The notes: generated by a model not told the origin, from the sequence alone. A stretch of 64,000 nucleotides of DNA from an uncultured Clostridia bacterium (GCA_944328445.1 CALVHO010000040.1:8018-72017), one strand, 5' to 3'; shown: positions 37,045-47,959, counted from the stretch's first letter. Translations and numbers: made by a program.

Positions 37045-38361
37045 TTACTTGTCGTTCAGGCAGGCGATGCCGGGCAGCACTTTCCCCTCCATCAGTTCGA
37101 GGGAGGCGCCGCCGCCCGTGGAGATGTGGGTCATCTTGTCGGCATAGCCGAGCTGCTGGACGGCCGCGGCGCTGTCTCCGCCGCCGATGATGGTCGTGGC
37201 ACCCTTCGCTTCGGCCATGGCCTGGGCGATGGCCTTGGTGCCCTCGGCGAGGATGGGGTTCTCGAACACGCCCATCGGGCCGTTCCACACCACCGTTTTG
37301 GCGCCCTTGATGGCCTCGGCGAACAGCTTGCGGGACGCTTCGCCGATGTCGAGCGCTTCCATGTCGGCAGGGATGGCGTCGATCTTGACCGTTTTGACTT
37401 CGATGGGAGCGTCGATGGGATCGGGGAAGGACGCGGCGATGACGGCGTCGACGGGCAGGAGCAGCTTTTTGCCGAGCTCCTTGGCCTTGGCCATCATGTC
37501 CTTGCAGTAGCCGATCTTTTCATCGTCGACGAGCGATTTGCCGATCTCGTAGCCCAGCGCCTTGACGAAGGTGTAGGCCATGCCGCCGCCGATGATGAGG
37601 GTATCGCACTTGTTGAGGAGGTTGGAGATGACGTTGAGCTTGTCCGCCACCTTCGCGCCGCCCAAGACCGCCACGAAGGGACGGACGGGGTTTTCGAGGC
37701 TGTTGGCCATGACGTCGATCTCCTTCTGGATGAGGAAACCGCAGACGGCCGTTTTGACCAGGCCGTATTCGACGATGGCGGCCGTCGAGGCGTGCGAGCG
37801 GTGCGCCGTGCCGAATGCGTCGTTCACGTAAATATCGCAGTAGGAAGCGAGCTTTTTGCAAAATTCGAGGTCCTTGCCCTCTTCGCCCGCGTAGAAGCGC
37901 AGGTTTTCGAGCAGGACGCACTCCCCTTCCTTGCAGGCGGCGACTTTGGCCTCCGCGTCGGGCCCGATGACGTCGGCCGCAAAGGCGACTTTGCCGCCCA
38001 GAAGCTCGTTGAGGCGGTCGGCCACGGGTTTGAGGGTGAGCTTGACGGGGTCGTTCTTCTTTGCCTTGGCGATGTATTCGGCGGTGGCCGCTTCGCGCTC
38101 GGCTTCGGGGAGGGCTTCGACGGCCTTTTTCTCCTTTTTGTTGAGCTTGACCTTGGCGTCAAAGATGTTGTGCGGCTTGCCCATGTGCGAGCAAAGCACC
38201 ACTTTCGCGCCGTGCTCCATCAAATATCGGATGGTGGGCAGGGCGCCCATGATGCGGTTTTCGTCGGTGATCTTGCCGTCCTTCATCGGGACGTTGAAAT
38301 CGCAGCGGACGAGAACGCGCTTGCCTTTGACATCGACATCGGTAACAGACATCTTGTTCAT
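37045..38361 (-). CDS. pgk: Phosphoglycerate kinase
   Basis: [42 protein letters not shown]. Confidence 0.97.
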   Translation of the reverse strand: MNKMSVTDVDVKGKRVLVRCDFNVPMKDGKITDENRIMGALPTIRYLMEHGAKVVLCSHMGKPHNIFDAKVKLNKKEKKAVEALPEAEREAATAEYIAKAKKNDPVKLTLKPVADRLNELLGGKVAFAADVIGPDAEAKVAACKEGECVLLENLRFYAGEEGKDLEFCKKLASYCDIYVNDAFGTAHRSHASTAAIVEYGLVKTAVCGFLIQKEIDVMANSLENPVRPFVAVLGGAKVADKLNVISNLLNKCDTLIIGGGMAYTFVKALGYEIGKSLVDDEKIGYCKDMMAKAKELGKKLLLPVDAVIAASFPDPIDAPIEVKTVKIDAIPADMEALDIGEASRKLFAEAIKGAKTVVWNGPMGVFENPILAEGTKAIAQAMAEAKGATTIIGGGDSAAAVQQLGYADKMTHISTGGGASLELMEGKVLPGIACLNDK

Positions 38362-38403
38362 AACACTACACTCCTTATCTTGCTCGGTTTTTCACCAAAC
38401 AAT

Positions 38404-38432
38404 ATGGTATACTATTTTTCGGCGTTTGTCAA
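38404..38432 (-). promoter_or_regulatory. Sigma-A promoter of pgk
   Basis: TTGACA-17-TACCAT. Confidence 0.55.
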
Positions 38433-38479
38433 GGAAATGGGCATTTTTGCGCGGCAAAGCGCAAATTTGCGGGGCGGGT

Positions 38480-38968
38480 TCACGCTTTCCCGCGGAGGGC
38501 GCCCTGAAAGAGCGCGCCGCCGAAGCCGTTTTGCCGCCACGCCTCGTACACGGCCACCGCCACGGAGTTGGCCAGGTTGAGCGAGCGGATGCCGCCGAGC
38601 ATGGGGATGCGCGCGCATTGGTCGTAGCGCTCCGCCAACAGCGCCTCGGGCAGGCCCGCCGTCTCCTTGCCGAACACCAAAAAATCGCCCGCGCGGTAGC
38701 GCACCTCGCTGTGCGTTCTGGCGGCCTTGGTGGAAAAAAAGGTGAACGCGGCCTGCGGGTATTTCGCGAACAGCTCTTCGATGCCGTCGTAATAGGCGAT
38801 GTCGACAAACGGCCAGTAATCGAGGCCGGCGCGCTTTAAGTACTTGTCGCTAACCTCGAAGCCGAGCGGGCGCACGAGGTGAAGGCGGCAGCCCGTGGCC
38901 GCGCAGGTGCGGGCGATGTTGCCCGTGTTTTGCGGTATCTCGGGCTCGACGAGGACGATATTGAACAC
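38480..38968 (-). CDS. trmL: tRNA (cytidine34-2'-O)-methyltransferase, SPOUT
   Basis: PEIPQNTGNIARTC, KRAGLDYW, VFGKETAGLP, RSLNLANS. Confidence 0.93.
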   Translation of the reverse strand: MFNIVLVEPEIPQNTGNIARTCAATGCRLHLVRPLGFEVSDKYLKRAGLDYWPFVDIAYYDGIEELFAKYPQAAFTFFSTKAARTHSEVRYRAGDFLVFGKETAGLPEALLAERYDQCARIPMLGGIRSLNLANSVAVAVYEAWRQNGFGGALFQGALRGKA

Positions 38969-39100
38969 AAAACCCCTCCTTTACATCCATTTATGCGCAT
39001 TCTGCGGCAAAACGGCGCGAAAATGCTTTGCAAACCAAAAAATTGTTTCGTTTTTTTTTGAAGAACGCACAAAAAATGCTCAGATTTCTGACAAACGTAC

Positions 39101-39129
39101 TTGACTTTTGACGACCGATGGAGTATACT
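39101..39129 (+). promoter_or_regulatory. Orphan sigma-A promoter with no downstream CDS
   Basis: TTGACT-17-TATACT facing a non-coding stretch and the convergent valS. Confidence 0.55.
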
Positions 39130-39254
39130 TGAACGGAACAAAGATTGCACAGCGTGCCTGCGCGATCGTGGAAACGCTCATACTCACTACCCATATTTTT
39201 TCTCATTTGTTTTAGGAGAACGGCTCGCCGTGAGGCGCGCCGTTCTTCTAATTA

Positions 39255-39370
39255 TGTTCACACTTTTTCTTTTGAGCCGACAAAAGAAAAAGCCGTGATT
39301 TTTGCGCACGCAGGGTGCTAAGAAAATTTTTTCCTAAATTCTACACTCTACATTTTACATTCTACATTCC
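39255..39370 (-). repeat. Internally deleted structured repeat plus heptamer array
   Basis: Reverse complement: heptamer array-AATTTAGGA...CTGCGTGCGCAAAAATCACGGCTTTTTCTTTTGTCGGCTCAAAAGAAAAAGTGTGAACA, matching 36668-36714. Confidence 0.8.
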
Positions 39371-39457
39371 GACGCGGCCGTACGGCTGCGCCGCTTGCAT
39401 TGCCGCCGACGGCATACCAAAGGCCCGAAATCGTTCGGGCCTTGTTTGCGGGGTAAT

Positions 39458-42085
39458 TCAGCCTTCGAGGTCGCGGATCTGCTTTTCGATCTTCTGCTTC
39501 ATCTCGATGAATTTTTCCAGTTTGGCGCGTTCGGCGTCGACGAGGGCGCGGGGAGCCTTTTCGACAAAGCCGCGGTTTTGCAGCTTGCCGTCGGCGCGGC
39601 CGATCTCCCCCACCACGCGCTCCAACTCCTTGCCGAGGCGTTCACGTTCCTTTTCGACGTCGACGAGCTCGCCGAGCGGCACGAACACCGTGCACGTTTC
39701 GGTGACCTGCGAAAGCGTCTTTTCGCCGAGGTCGCCGCTCTCTACAAATTCGATGCCGCTCGCGCCCGCCAGCCGCGCGATGGCGCCCGCGTTGAGCGAG
39801 AGCATCCGGCGGTTCGCCGCAGCGATGTACAGGCGCACCTTTTTGGCGGGCGGGCAGCCCACCTGCGCCTTGATGTTGCGCACCGTTTTGATGACGTCCA
39901 TCACGGGCTCGAAGGCCTTGGCCTCCTTTTTGTAAGCGAGCTTGGAATCGTACCGCGGGAAGGAAGCGACCATGATGCCGCCCTCCGTGCCCGGGATGTT
40001 GCGCCAGATCTCGTCCGTGATGAAGGGAACGAAGGGGTGCAGCAGGCGCAGCGCGTTGTCGAGCACGAAGCAAAGCACCGAGAGGGTGGCCGTCTTTTTG
40101 GCCTTGTCCTGCCCGTAGAGGGCGCTTTTGGCCAGTTCGATGTACCAATCGCAGAAGTCGCTCCACAAAAAGTCGTACAGGGCGCCCGCGGCGATGCCCA
40201 GTTCGAACTTGCCCATGTTGAGCGTCACTTCGCGGATGCAGCCTTCCAGCCGCGAGACGATCCACTTGTCGGCGGGGCCGAGCTTGACGGCGGACAGGGG
40301 CGGGATGGCTTCGCCCTCGCAGTTCATCAGCACGAAGCGCGAAGCGTTCCAGACCTTGTTCATGAAGTTGCGCGCCGCCTCGACTTTGCCCTTGCTGTAA
40401 CGGCTGTCGTTGCCGGGCGCCACGCCCGTGACGAGGGAGAAGCGCAGGGAATCGGCGCCGTATTCCTCCACCACTTCGAGCGGGTCGATGCCGTTGCCCA
40501 GCGATTTGGACATCTTCCTCCCCTGCTCGTCGCGCACGATGCCGTGCAGGAGCACGTCGCGGAAGGGGACCTTGCCCGTGTGCTCGATGCCCGAAAAGAT
40601 CATGCGGGCCACCCAGAAAAAGATGATGTCGTACCCGCAGGAGAGCACGTCGGTGGGGTAAAAATAGTCGTAGTCTTCGGTCTTTTCGGGGTAGCCGAGG
40701 GTGGAAAAGGGCCAAAGCGCCGAGGAGAACCAGGTATCGAGCACGTCCTCGTCCTGGCGGATGTTCTTGCCGTGGCAGTGGGCGCATTCGCAAGGGTCGG
40801 TCTTGGAGACGGTCATTTCGCCGCAGTCGTCGCAATACCAAACGGGGATGCGGTGCCCCCACCAGAGCTGGCGGGAGATGCACCAGTCCTTGATGCCCTC
40901 CATCCAGTTGAAATAGATCTTGGAGAAGCGTTCGGGCGTGAACTTGATCTTGTTGCGCGCCACCGCATCGATGGCGGGCTTGGCGAGCGGGGCCATCTTC
41001 ACGAACCATTGCTTGGAAACGATGGGCTCCACCGTGTTGTGGCAGCGGTAGCAGTGCCCGACGTTGTGGCTGTGCGGCTCCACCTTGATGAGCGCGCCGC
41101 AGGCTTTGAGGTCCTCCACCACCTTGTCGCGGGCGGCGTAGCGGTCGAGCCCCGCGTAGGCCGCGCCCGCGTTTTCGTTCATGGTGCCGTCGTCGTTCAT
41201 GACGCGGATGACGGGCAGGCCGTGGCGCAGGCCCACCTCGAAGTCGTTGGGGTCGTGTGCGGGGGTGATCTTCACGGCGCCCGAGCCGAACTCCATGTCC
41301 ACGTATTCGTCGGCGACGACGGGGATCTCCCTCCCTACGAGGGGCAAAACGAGGGTCTTGCCCACCATGTGCGCGTAACGCCCGTCCTTGGGGTTGACGG
41401 CCACGGCCGTGTCGCCGAGCATGGTCTCGGGGCGGGTGGTGGCGACGACGATGCTCTCGTCGCTGTCCTTGACGGGGTATTTCAGGTGCCAGAAAAAGCC
41501 CGCGTCCTCGCTGTACTCCACCTCCGCGTCCGAAAGCGCCGTCTTGCAGCCGGGGCACCAGTTGATGATGCGGTCGCCGCGGTAGATGAGGCCCTTTTCA
41601 TAGAGGTTGACGAACACTTCGCGCACGGCGCGGGAGCAGTTTTCGTCCATCGTGAACGCGAGGCGGGACCAGTCCGCCGAGACGCCGATCTTTTTGAGCT
41701 GCTCGACGATGCGCCCGCCGAATTTTTCCTTCCACTGCCAGGCGCGGGCCAGAAACCCTTCGCGGCCCGTGTCCTTTTTGGTCAGGCCTTCCTTTTTCAT
41801 CTCCTCGACGATCTTCACCTCGGTGGCGATGGAGGCGTGGTCGCAGCCGGGAAGGTAGAGGGCGGAATAGCCCTGCATGCGCTTGAAGCGGATGAGGGCG
41901 TCGATGATGGTGTTGTCGAGGGCGTGCCCCAGGTGCAGCTGCCCCGTGATGTTGGGGGGCGGGATGACGATGGTGAACGGGATCTTGGCGGGGTCGCGCT
42001 CGGCGCGGAAATAGCCCTTTTCCGTCCACTCGGCATACAGTTTGTCCTCAAACGTCCTGGGGTCGTAATTTTTTTGCATTTCCAT
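39458..42085 (-). CDS. valS: Valyl-tRNA synthetase
   Basis: [13 protein letters not shown] (HIGH), [18 protein letters not shown]-terminal coiled coil. Confidence 0.97.
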   Translation of the reverse strand: MEMQKNYDPRTFEDKLYAEWTEKGYFRAERDPAKIPFTIVIPPPNITGQLHLGHALDNTIIDALIRFKRMQGYSALYLPGCDHASIATEVKIVEEMKKEGLTKKDTGREGFLARAWQWKEKFGGRIVEQLKKIGVSADWSRLAFTMDENCSRAVREVFVNLYEKGLIYRGDRIINWCPGCKTALSDAEVEYSEDAGFFWHLKYPVKDSDESIVVATTRPETMLGDTAVAVNPKDGRYAHMVGKTLVLPLVGREIPVVADEYVDMEFGSGAVKITPAHDPNDFEVGLRHGLPVIRVMNDDGTMNENAGAAYAGLDRYAARDKVVEDLKACGALIKVEPHSHNVGHCYRCHNTVEPIVSKQWFVKMAPLAKPAIDAVARNKIKFTPERFSKIYFNWMEGIKDWCISRQLWWGHRIPVWYCDDCGEMTVSKTDPCECAHCHGKNIRQDEDVLDTWFSSALWPFSTLGYPEKTEDYDYFYPTDVLSCGYDIIFFWVARMIFSGIEHTGKVPFRDVLLHGIVRDEQGRKMSKSLGNGIDPLEVVEEYGADSLRFSLVTGVAPGNDSRYSKGKVEAARNFMNKVWNASRFVLMNCEGEAIPPLSAVKLGPADKWIVSRLEGCIREVTLNMGKFELGIAAGALYDFLWSDFCDWYIELAKSALYGQDKAKKTATLSVLCFVLDNALRLLHPFVPFITDEIWRNIPGTEGGIMVASFPRYDSKLAYKKEAKAFEPVMDVIKTVRNIKAQVGCPPAKKVRLYIAAANRRMLSLNAGAIARLAGASGIEFVESGDLGEKTLSQVTETCTVFVPLGELVDVEKERERLGKELERVVGEIGRADGKLQNRGFVEKAPRALVDAERAKLEKFIEMKQKIEKQIRDLEG

Positions 42086-42157
42086 GATCGTACCTTCCCC
42101 GCCGCCCCTCTCGCCTGCGGGCGGCGCACACTTCCCTATTGTAATGCTGTGCCCTAT

Positions 42158-42187
42158 ATTATAGACGAGGCGGGCGCGGCTTGTCAA
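42158..42187 (-). promoter_or_regulatory. Sigma-A promoter of valS
   Basis: TTGACA-18-TATAAT about 70 nt upstream of the start. Confidence 0.55.
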
Positions 42188-42318
42188 TCAAAACCGAGGG
42201 GGAAAAGCACCTTCCTTCCCCGCCCCTTGCGGCGGCCGCGCGGCGCTCCCTTGGGGCAAGACCGTTCCCTGCCGCATACAATGGGAGTATTGAAATCCAC
42301 TTTCACGGAGATCTTCCC

Positions 42319-43329
42319 ATGAAAAAATTTTTGGCGGCGGTGCTGTGCGCCCTCTTCGCGCTCGTGCCCCTTGCAGCCTGCGGGCAGGGCGAAGGCGGAC
42401 TGACCCGCGTGCGCGTCAACGAAGTGACGCATTCCGTCTTTTACGCGCCCATGTACGCGGCCGACGCGCTCGGCTATTTCGCGGAAGAGGGCATCGAGAT
42501 CGAACTGACCAACGGCGGCGGCGCCGACAACGTGATGGCGGCCGTGCTCTCGGGCAATGCGGACATCGGCTTCTGCGGGCCCGAGGCGGCGCTGTACGTG
42601 CTCATCGGCGGCTCGGACAACGTGCCGACGGTGTTCGGGCAGCTGACCAAGCGCGACGGGTCCTTCCTCGTTTCGCGCGTGGACGAAAAGGAGAGCTTCG
42701 ACTGGGCCGAAAGCCTGCAAGGAAAAGAGATCCTGGCAGGCCGCAAGGGCGGCGTGCCCGCGATGACCTTTGAAAAGATCCTCAACGAGCACGGCCTGTA
42801 CGACGGGCAGAACGTGTTCATGAACTATGACATCAACTTCGACTACATGACGGCGGCCTTTGAATCGGGCACGGCCGACTACTGCACGATGTTCGAGCCC
42901 GTGGCCTCCGAATACGAAAAGGCGGGCAAGGGCTACGTGGTGGCCGCCGTGGGCGAGGCCTCGGGCGAGGTGCCCTACACCTGCTACATCGCCCGCGAAA
43001 ACTACATCGCCGAGAACGAGGAGCTGATCGAGGGATTTTTGCGGGCCGTGATGCGCGGCATCGCCTACGTCAACGGCAGCGGCAGCGAGGAAGCGGCCGG
43101 ACTGCTTTTGCCCTACTTCGACGGGACGGAGCTCTCCTCCGTGCAGGCTTCGCTGGACAGCTACAAGGCCGTCGACGCCTGGCAGGAGGACATGACCATG
43201 ACCGAAGCCGCCTTCGGGCGCCTGCAAGACATCATCGAAAACGCGGGCGAACTGGAAAAGCGCGCCGATTTTTCCGCCCTGGTCGACACCTCGTATTCTT
43301 CCGCGGTCTACGCCGCGCTGCAAAGCTGA
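42319..43329 (+). CDS. ABC transporter substrate-binding lipoprotein (NMT1/SsuA-like)
   Basis: Lipobox LAAC; FYAPMY; GYFAEEGIEIE. Confidence 0.85.
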   Translation: MKKFLAAVLCALFALVPLAACGQGEGGLTRVRVNEVTHSVFYAPMYAADALGYFAEEGIEIELTNGGGADNVMAAVLSGNADIGFCGPEAALYVLIGGSDNVPTVFGQLTKRDGSFLVSRVDEKESFDWAESLQGKEILAGRKGGVPAMTFEKILNEHGLYDGQNVFMNYDINFDYMTAAFESGTADYCTMFEPVASEYEKAGKGYVVAAVGEASGEVPYTCYIARENYIAENEELIEGFLRAVMRGIAYVNGSGSEEAAGLLLPYFDGTELSSVQASLDSYKAVDAWQEDMTMTEAAFGRLQDIIENAGELEKRADFSALVDTSYSSAVYAALQS

Positions 43330-43421
43330 ACGCCCGCCCCGCCCGCCGCGGCGGGCGGGGCGCGGCTACAAAACAAGGGGCGCGCGTTCACGGCGCGGCG
43401 AGCCACGAAGAGGAAACACCT

Positions 43422-44201
43422 ATGCAGACACAGACGCGGGCGCCCGTGCTCGAATTTGACGACGTGCGCCTTACCTACCACACCGCCGCGGGGGAAACGA
43501 CGGCGGCAGAACACCTGACGTTTTCCGTCGGGGCGGGCGAATTTATCGCCGTCATCGGGCCTTCGGGCTGCGGCAAGACCACCCTTTTGTCCCTGGCGGC
43601 GGGGCTTTTGGCACCCTCGGCGGGGCAGGTGCGCATGCACGGCGCGCCCGTGCGGTGCGGGCGCGGCGTGGGCTACATGCTGCAAAAGGACGAACTGTTC
43701 CCCTGGCGGACCGTCGAGGAGAACATCGTGCTGCCCTTGGAGATCGCGGGGCAGAACACGCCGCAGCAGCGCAAACGGGCGCTGGAACTGGCCGAAAAAT
43801 ACGGCCTGGGCGGCTTTTTGAAGCACGGCCCCGACCAGCTCTCGGGCGGGATGCGGCAGCGCGCCGCGCTCATCCGCACGCTGGCCGCGCGGCCGCAGCT
43901 TTTGCTCCTGGACGAACCGTTTTCCGCCCTCGATTACCAGACCCGCCTTTCGGTGTGCGACGACGTGTACAACATCATCCGCGCCGAGAACAAGACGGCG
44001 CTTTTGGTCACGCACGACATCTCGGAGGCCATCTCGGTGGCCGACCGCGTGCTCGTGCTCACGGCGCGGCCCGCGCGGGTGGCCGCCGCGCACGCGCTCG
44101 GCTTCGGCAGGGCCGTGCCCCTCGAACGGCGCAAGGACGCGCGCTTCGCGCGCTGGTTCGACGTGCTGTGGCAGGAACTCAACGGCAAGGCCGCCCCGTA
44201 G
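43422..44201 (+). CDS. ABC ATPase (SsuB/TauB-like)
   Basis: GPSGCGKT, LSGGMRQR, LLDEPFSALD. Confidence 0.92.
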   Translation: MQTQTRAPVLEFDDVRLTYHTAAGETTAAEHLTFSVGAGEFIAVIGPSGCGKTTLLSLAAGLLAPSAGQVRMHGAPVRCGRGVGYMLQKDELFPWRTVEENIVLPLEIAGQNTPQQRKRALELAEKYGLGGFLKHGPDQLSGGMRQRAALIRTLAARPQLLLLDEPFSALDYQTRLSVCDDVYNIIRAENKTALLVTHDISEAISVADRVLVLTARPARVAAAHALGFGRAVPLERRKDARFARWFDVLWQELNGKAAP

Positions 44202-44271
44202 CGCGGGCCGCAGAAAAAAGCGCGGCGCGCGGCACAACATTTTGCACCTTCACGGACAAGGAGAAAAACGC

Positions 44272-45099
44272 ATGAAAAACAAAACGGACGGGGCGGGCGT
44301 GCCCGCCGCGGCGTGCTCGCCCGAGCACGCGCTGTACCTGAAAAAGCGCCGCCGCGAAGGGCTGCTCGTGCAGATCGCGCGCTTTTCGCTGCTGGTGGCG
44401 CTGTTCGGGGCGTGGGAGCTCGTTGCGGCGGTCAAACTCGTCGACCCGTTCATCATCAGCTCGCCCTCGCGCATCGCCGTGCAGATCGCGGCGCTGGCGG
44501 CGGACGGTTCCCTCTTTTACCACATCGGCGTGACGCTGTGGGAGACGCTCGCGGGCTTTGCCATCGCCGTGGCGCTGGGCACGGGCACGGCGCTGCTGCT
44601 GTGGTGGAGCGAACGGCTGCGGCGCGTCCTCGAACCGTACATCGTGGTGCTCAACAGCCTGCCCAAGATCGCGCTCGGGCCGGTCATCATCATCTGGTTC
44701 GGGACGGGCTCGGCGGCCATCGTGTTCATCACCGTGCTCATCGGCGTCATCATCGCCACCATGCAGATGCTCGGCGGCTTTCTGGCCACCGACAAAAACA
44801 AGATCCTGCTGCTGCGCTCGATGGGCGCGAACAAGCGGCAGATCCTGCAAAAACTCGTGCTGCCCTCCGCCCTGCCCCAGTTCGTGGGCATGTTGAAGAT
44901 CTGCGTCGGCATGGCCTGGATCGGCTCGATCATGGGCGAATACATCGTCTCCAAGGCGGGGCTGGGGTACCTGATCGTCTACGGCGGGCAGGTGTTCAAG
45001 CTCGATCTGGTGATGGCGGCGACGGTCATCCTCTGCGCGCTGGCCGCGGGCATGTACGCGCTGGTGGCGCTGGCCGAGCGCCTGCTCGTGCGGCGCTGA
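44272..45099 (+). CDS. ABC permease (SsuC-like)
   Basis: LPKIALGP, EYIVSKAGLGY, multiple TM helices. Confidence 0.9.
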   Translation: MKNKTDGAGVPAAACSPEHALYLKKRRREGLLVQIARFSLLVALFGAWELVAAVKLVDPFIISSPSRIAVQIAALAADGSLFYHIGVTLWETLAGFAIAVALGTGTALLLWWSERLRRVLEPYIVVLNSLPKIALGPVIIIWFGTGSAAIVFITVLIGVIIATMQMLGGFLATDKNKILLLRSMGANKRQILQKLVLPSALPQFVGMLKICVGMAWIGSIMGEYIVSKAGLGYLIVYGGQVFKLDLVMAATVILCALAAGMYALVALAERLLVRR

Positions 45100-45150
45100 A
45101 CGGCGGGGCACGCCGTGAACAAAGCGGCAAAAAAGTGAAACGGACGGCAT

Positions 45151-46269
45151 TCAGGGGCGCCCCGCCGCGTGCGGAGCGCCCTTTTCGCGCGCGGCGCGGA
45201 CGAGGCGCGCGCCCTCCCCGGCTGCAAGCACGGCGAAAAAGAGGAGCCCCGCCCCGCCGAGCCAGGGATAGACGGCGCCGACGATGCCGCCCATCCCCCA
45301 CCGCGAGAGTGCAAAGGCGGCGGCAGGCACCGCGAAGCGCACGGCGCGGGCGCGCTTTGCGGCCGCCGCGTGCAGCGGGTAGTAGGAGGAAAAGAGGGTG
45401 GTGACGATGCCGCAGGCGCTGACGAGGGAGAAGGCGCGCGCCAGGGCCTGCGTCTTCCCCACGGCGGCCAGGAAGGGCAGTTCGGCGCCGAGTGCGTTCG
45501 CCCCTTCGCGCGCGACGGCGGCCAGCACCGCCGCGGCGCACACGCCGATGACGGCGGCCGCCGCGAAACAGCCCCCGCATCCCCCGCCCGCCGCGCCCGC
45601 GTCGCAAGCGACGGGCGCGGCGAGGAAGGCGTTCATGCCCGCGTACAGCAGGGCGCCGCCGAGGGCGGAAAAGGCGTCCGCGGGGGCCGCGAGCGGGGTC
45701 ACGGCCAGCGCGGGAAGGGCGGAGGCGAAAAAGGCGAGCATGCACGGCACCAGCGCCAGGTTGAGCGCGGCAAGACCCTTCACGCCCCGCCGCGACAGCG
45801 CGTACAGCAGCGGCAAAAGGAGCAGCGACAGCGGCAGGCGCACCCCGAAGCCGTCCGCCGCCACCGCGTCGAAACCCGCGAGCATGGCGGCCGTGACCGC
45901 GAAGGAGCACGCGAGCATGAACAGGCGCACCGCCCCCGCCGCGCGGCCGAAGCGGGCGCGCAGGACGCCCTGCCAGCCGCCGTACGCCGCGCCGAGGCGG
46001 CAGAGCGCGAAAAAGCAGAGCGCGAACACCCCCGCCGCCACCGCCAGGCAGGGCAAAAAACCTTCGTGCGGGAAAAAGCGCACCAGCTCCGCGCCCGAAA
46101 CGAACCCCGCCCCCACCACCGTGCCCACGAGCGTGGCCGCAAGCCGCAGCCCCGCCCCCGCCCGCACAACGCCGCGGGCCGCAAGGACGGAGCGCGCCGC
46201 CGCGCGCGAAGCGCATCCTCTCCCGTCTGCCCGCGCGCAGGCCGCGCGCGCCCCTTGTGACCGTACCAT
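45151..46269 (-). CDS. YkvI-like membrane protein (true start likely GTG near 46167)
   Basis: VGTVVGAGFVSGAEL motif and many TM segments. Confidence 0.7.
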   Translation of the reverse strand: MVRSQGARAACARADGRGCASRAAARSVLAARGVVRAGAGLRLAATLVGTVVGAGFVSGAELVRFFPHEGFLPCLAVAAGVFALCFFALCRLGAAYGGWQGVLRARFGRAAGAVRLFMLACSFAVTAAMLAGFDAVAADGFGVRLPLSLLLLPLLYALSRRGVKGLAALNLALVPCMLAFFASALPALAVTPLAAPADAFSALGGALLYAGMNAFLAAPVACDAGAAGGGCGGCFAAAAVIGVCAAAVLAAVAREGANALGAELPFLAAVGKTQALARAFSLVSACGIVTTLFSSYYPLHAAAAKRARAVRFAVPAAAFALSRWGMGGIVGAVYPWLGGAGLLFFAVLAAGEGARLVRAAREKGAPHAAGRP

Positions 46270-46353
46270 ACCGCATTGTATGACGCAGCCGCCGCGGCTA
46301 TGCCGCGGCGGCTGCGTTGTTGCGTTCGGAAAAATTGGAAAACGGTCTGCCGT

Positions 46354-47865
46354 TTATTCGAGCCGCACCTCTTCCAGCTCTTTGGGCGGGATGGCGGAGG
46401 TGGAGCTTTCAACGGTCTTTTTGACGAGGGCCGCCGCCTTGCCGATGGCGATGTTGGTGCCCGCCCCCGCCACGCACCCGCCGGGGCAGCCCATGCCCTC
46501 GATGAGCTCGCCGTTGAGCCTGCCCATCTTGGCAAGGAGCAGCACTTTGCGGCAGTCTTCCAGCCCCTCGACGTGGCGGATGTTCACCTCGGTGCCGGGG
46601 TAATAGGCGGCGATGCACTTTTCGATGGCGCCCGCAACCCCGCCCGCGCAGGCGTAGCCGCGGCCCGCGCCGCTGGCGTCGTGCATGCCCCCTTCCTCCG
46701 CGAAGGCGTCAAAATCGATGCCTTTGGCCTCGAAGATGGCCGAAAGTTCCTCAAACGTGATGACGAAGTCGACGTCGCTGCGCACGGTGCGGCGGGAGGC
46801 TTCCAGCTTTTTGGCCGCGCAGGGGCCGATGAACACGACGCGGCAGTCGGGATACTTCTGTTTGATGGTGCGCGCGGTGGCCACCATGGGCGTGAGCGTG
46901 CGCGAGATCTTGTCCGCCGATTCGGGGAAGTAGCGACGGATGAGCATGGCCCAGGCGGGACAGCAGGAGGTGAGCATGAACGGGATCTTGCCCGTTTTGA
47001 CCTCGGTGGCGTAGTGGTGCGCCTCGATGGCGGCGCCCATGTCGGCGCCCAGGGCCACTTCAAACACGTCGGCAAAGCCGAGGGCGCGCAGCGCCGCCTT
47101 GACCTTGCCCGGGGTCGCCTTGTCCCCGAACTGCCCCACATAGGAGGGCGCGACTTCGGCGACGATCTTATCCCCCCGCCGCAGGGCGCGGATGAGCTGG
47201 AAAAACTGCGATTTGTCGGCGATGGCGCCGAAGGGGCAGTTCACCATGCACATGCCGCAGGAGACGCATTTATCGGGGTTGATCTTGGCGCGGCCGAGCT
47301 CGTCGGACTCGATGGCCTTGACGCCGCAGGCCTCGGCGCAGGGGCGGGTGTGGTGGGCGATGGCGTCGTACGGGCAGGCGGCCTTGCACTTGCCGCAGCG
47401 GATGCATTTGCTTTGGTCGATGACCGAGCGCCCGTTCACGATGGAGACGGCGCCCTTGGGGCAGACCGTGGTGCACGGGTGCGCCACGCAGCCGCGGCAG
47501 TTGTCGGTGACCTTGTACATATCGGGCGCGCAGGCGGCGCAGGCCGAAGGGATGACCTGCATCAGCGGCGGCTCATAATACTTGTCGGCGATGTCGCTGC
47601 CCGAAAGCCCCGCCGTGACGTGAACGGGCCTGTCCTCGGGGCGCAGCGACAGCCCCATCGACAGCCGCACGCGCTCCGCACAGATGGCGCGTTCGCGCCA
47701 GATGCTCTCGCGGTACAGCGGCTTGTCCCCCGGGGTGATCTTGTACGGCACGCCTTCGACGGCGTCGATGATCTTGTCGCGGTCGGTCTCGAAGGCGATG
47801 CGCGCCATCTCCACGAATACCTGGCGGCGCAGTTTTTTGAGCGGTGTCAAAAGTCCTCTTTCCAT
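46354..47865 (-). CDS. Monomeric [FeFe]-hydrogenase with ferredoxin domains (group B-like)
   Basis: H-cluster motifs TSCCPAW, IGPCAAKKLEA, EGMGCPGGC; several CxxCxxCxxxC clusters. Confidence 0.88.
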   Translation of the reverse strand: MERGLLTPLKKLRRQVFVEMARIAFETDRDKIIDAVEGVPYKITPGDKPLYRESIWRERAICAERVRLSMGLSLRPEDRPVHVTAGLSGSDIADKYYEPPLMQVIPSACAACAPDMYKVTDNCRGCVAHPCTTVCPKGAVSIVNGRSVIDQSKCIRCGKCKAACPYDAIAHHTRPCAEACGVKAIESDELGRAKINPDKCVSCGMCMVNCPFGAIADKSQFFQLIRALRRGDKIVAEVAPSYVGQFGDKATPGKVKAALRALGFADVFEVALGADMGAAIEAHHYATEVKTGKIPFMLTSCCPAWAMLIRRYFPESADKISRTLTPMVATARTIKQKYPDCRVVFIGPCAAKKLEASRRTVRSDVDFVITFEELSAIFEAKGIDFDAFAEEGGMHDASGAGRGYACAGGVAGAIEKCIAAYYPGTEVNIRHVEGLEDCRKVLLLAKMGRLNGELIEGMGCPGGCVAGAGTNIAIGKAAALVKKTVESSTSAIPPKELEEVRLE

Positions 47866-47959
47866 ACGGTGTTCCTTATTTTATGCGTCGTGTGCGGGCG
47901 TTTCTAAGACCGCACGGGCCGTTTTGCCTATGTACAGGATGTGCCGCGGCGGGGGCGTT

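Noticed and set aside
42086-42160. T-box leader for valS (and likewise proS)
   Set aside because: The valS promoter is ~70 nt from the start, too short for a T-box, and no GGTGGTACC-like motif is seen before either gene.
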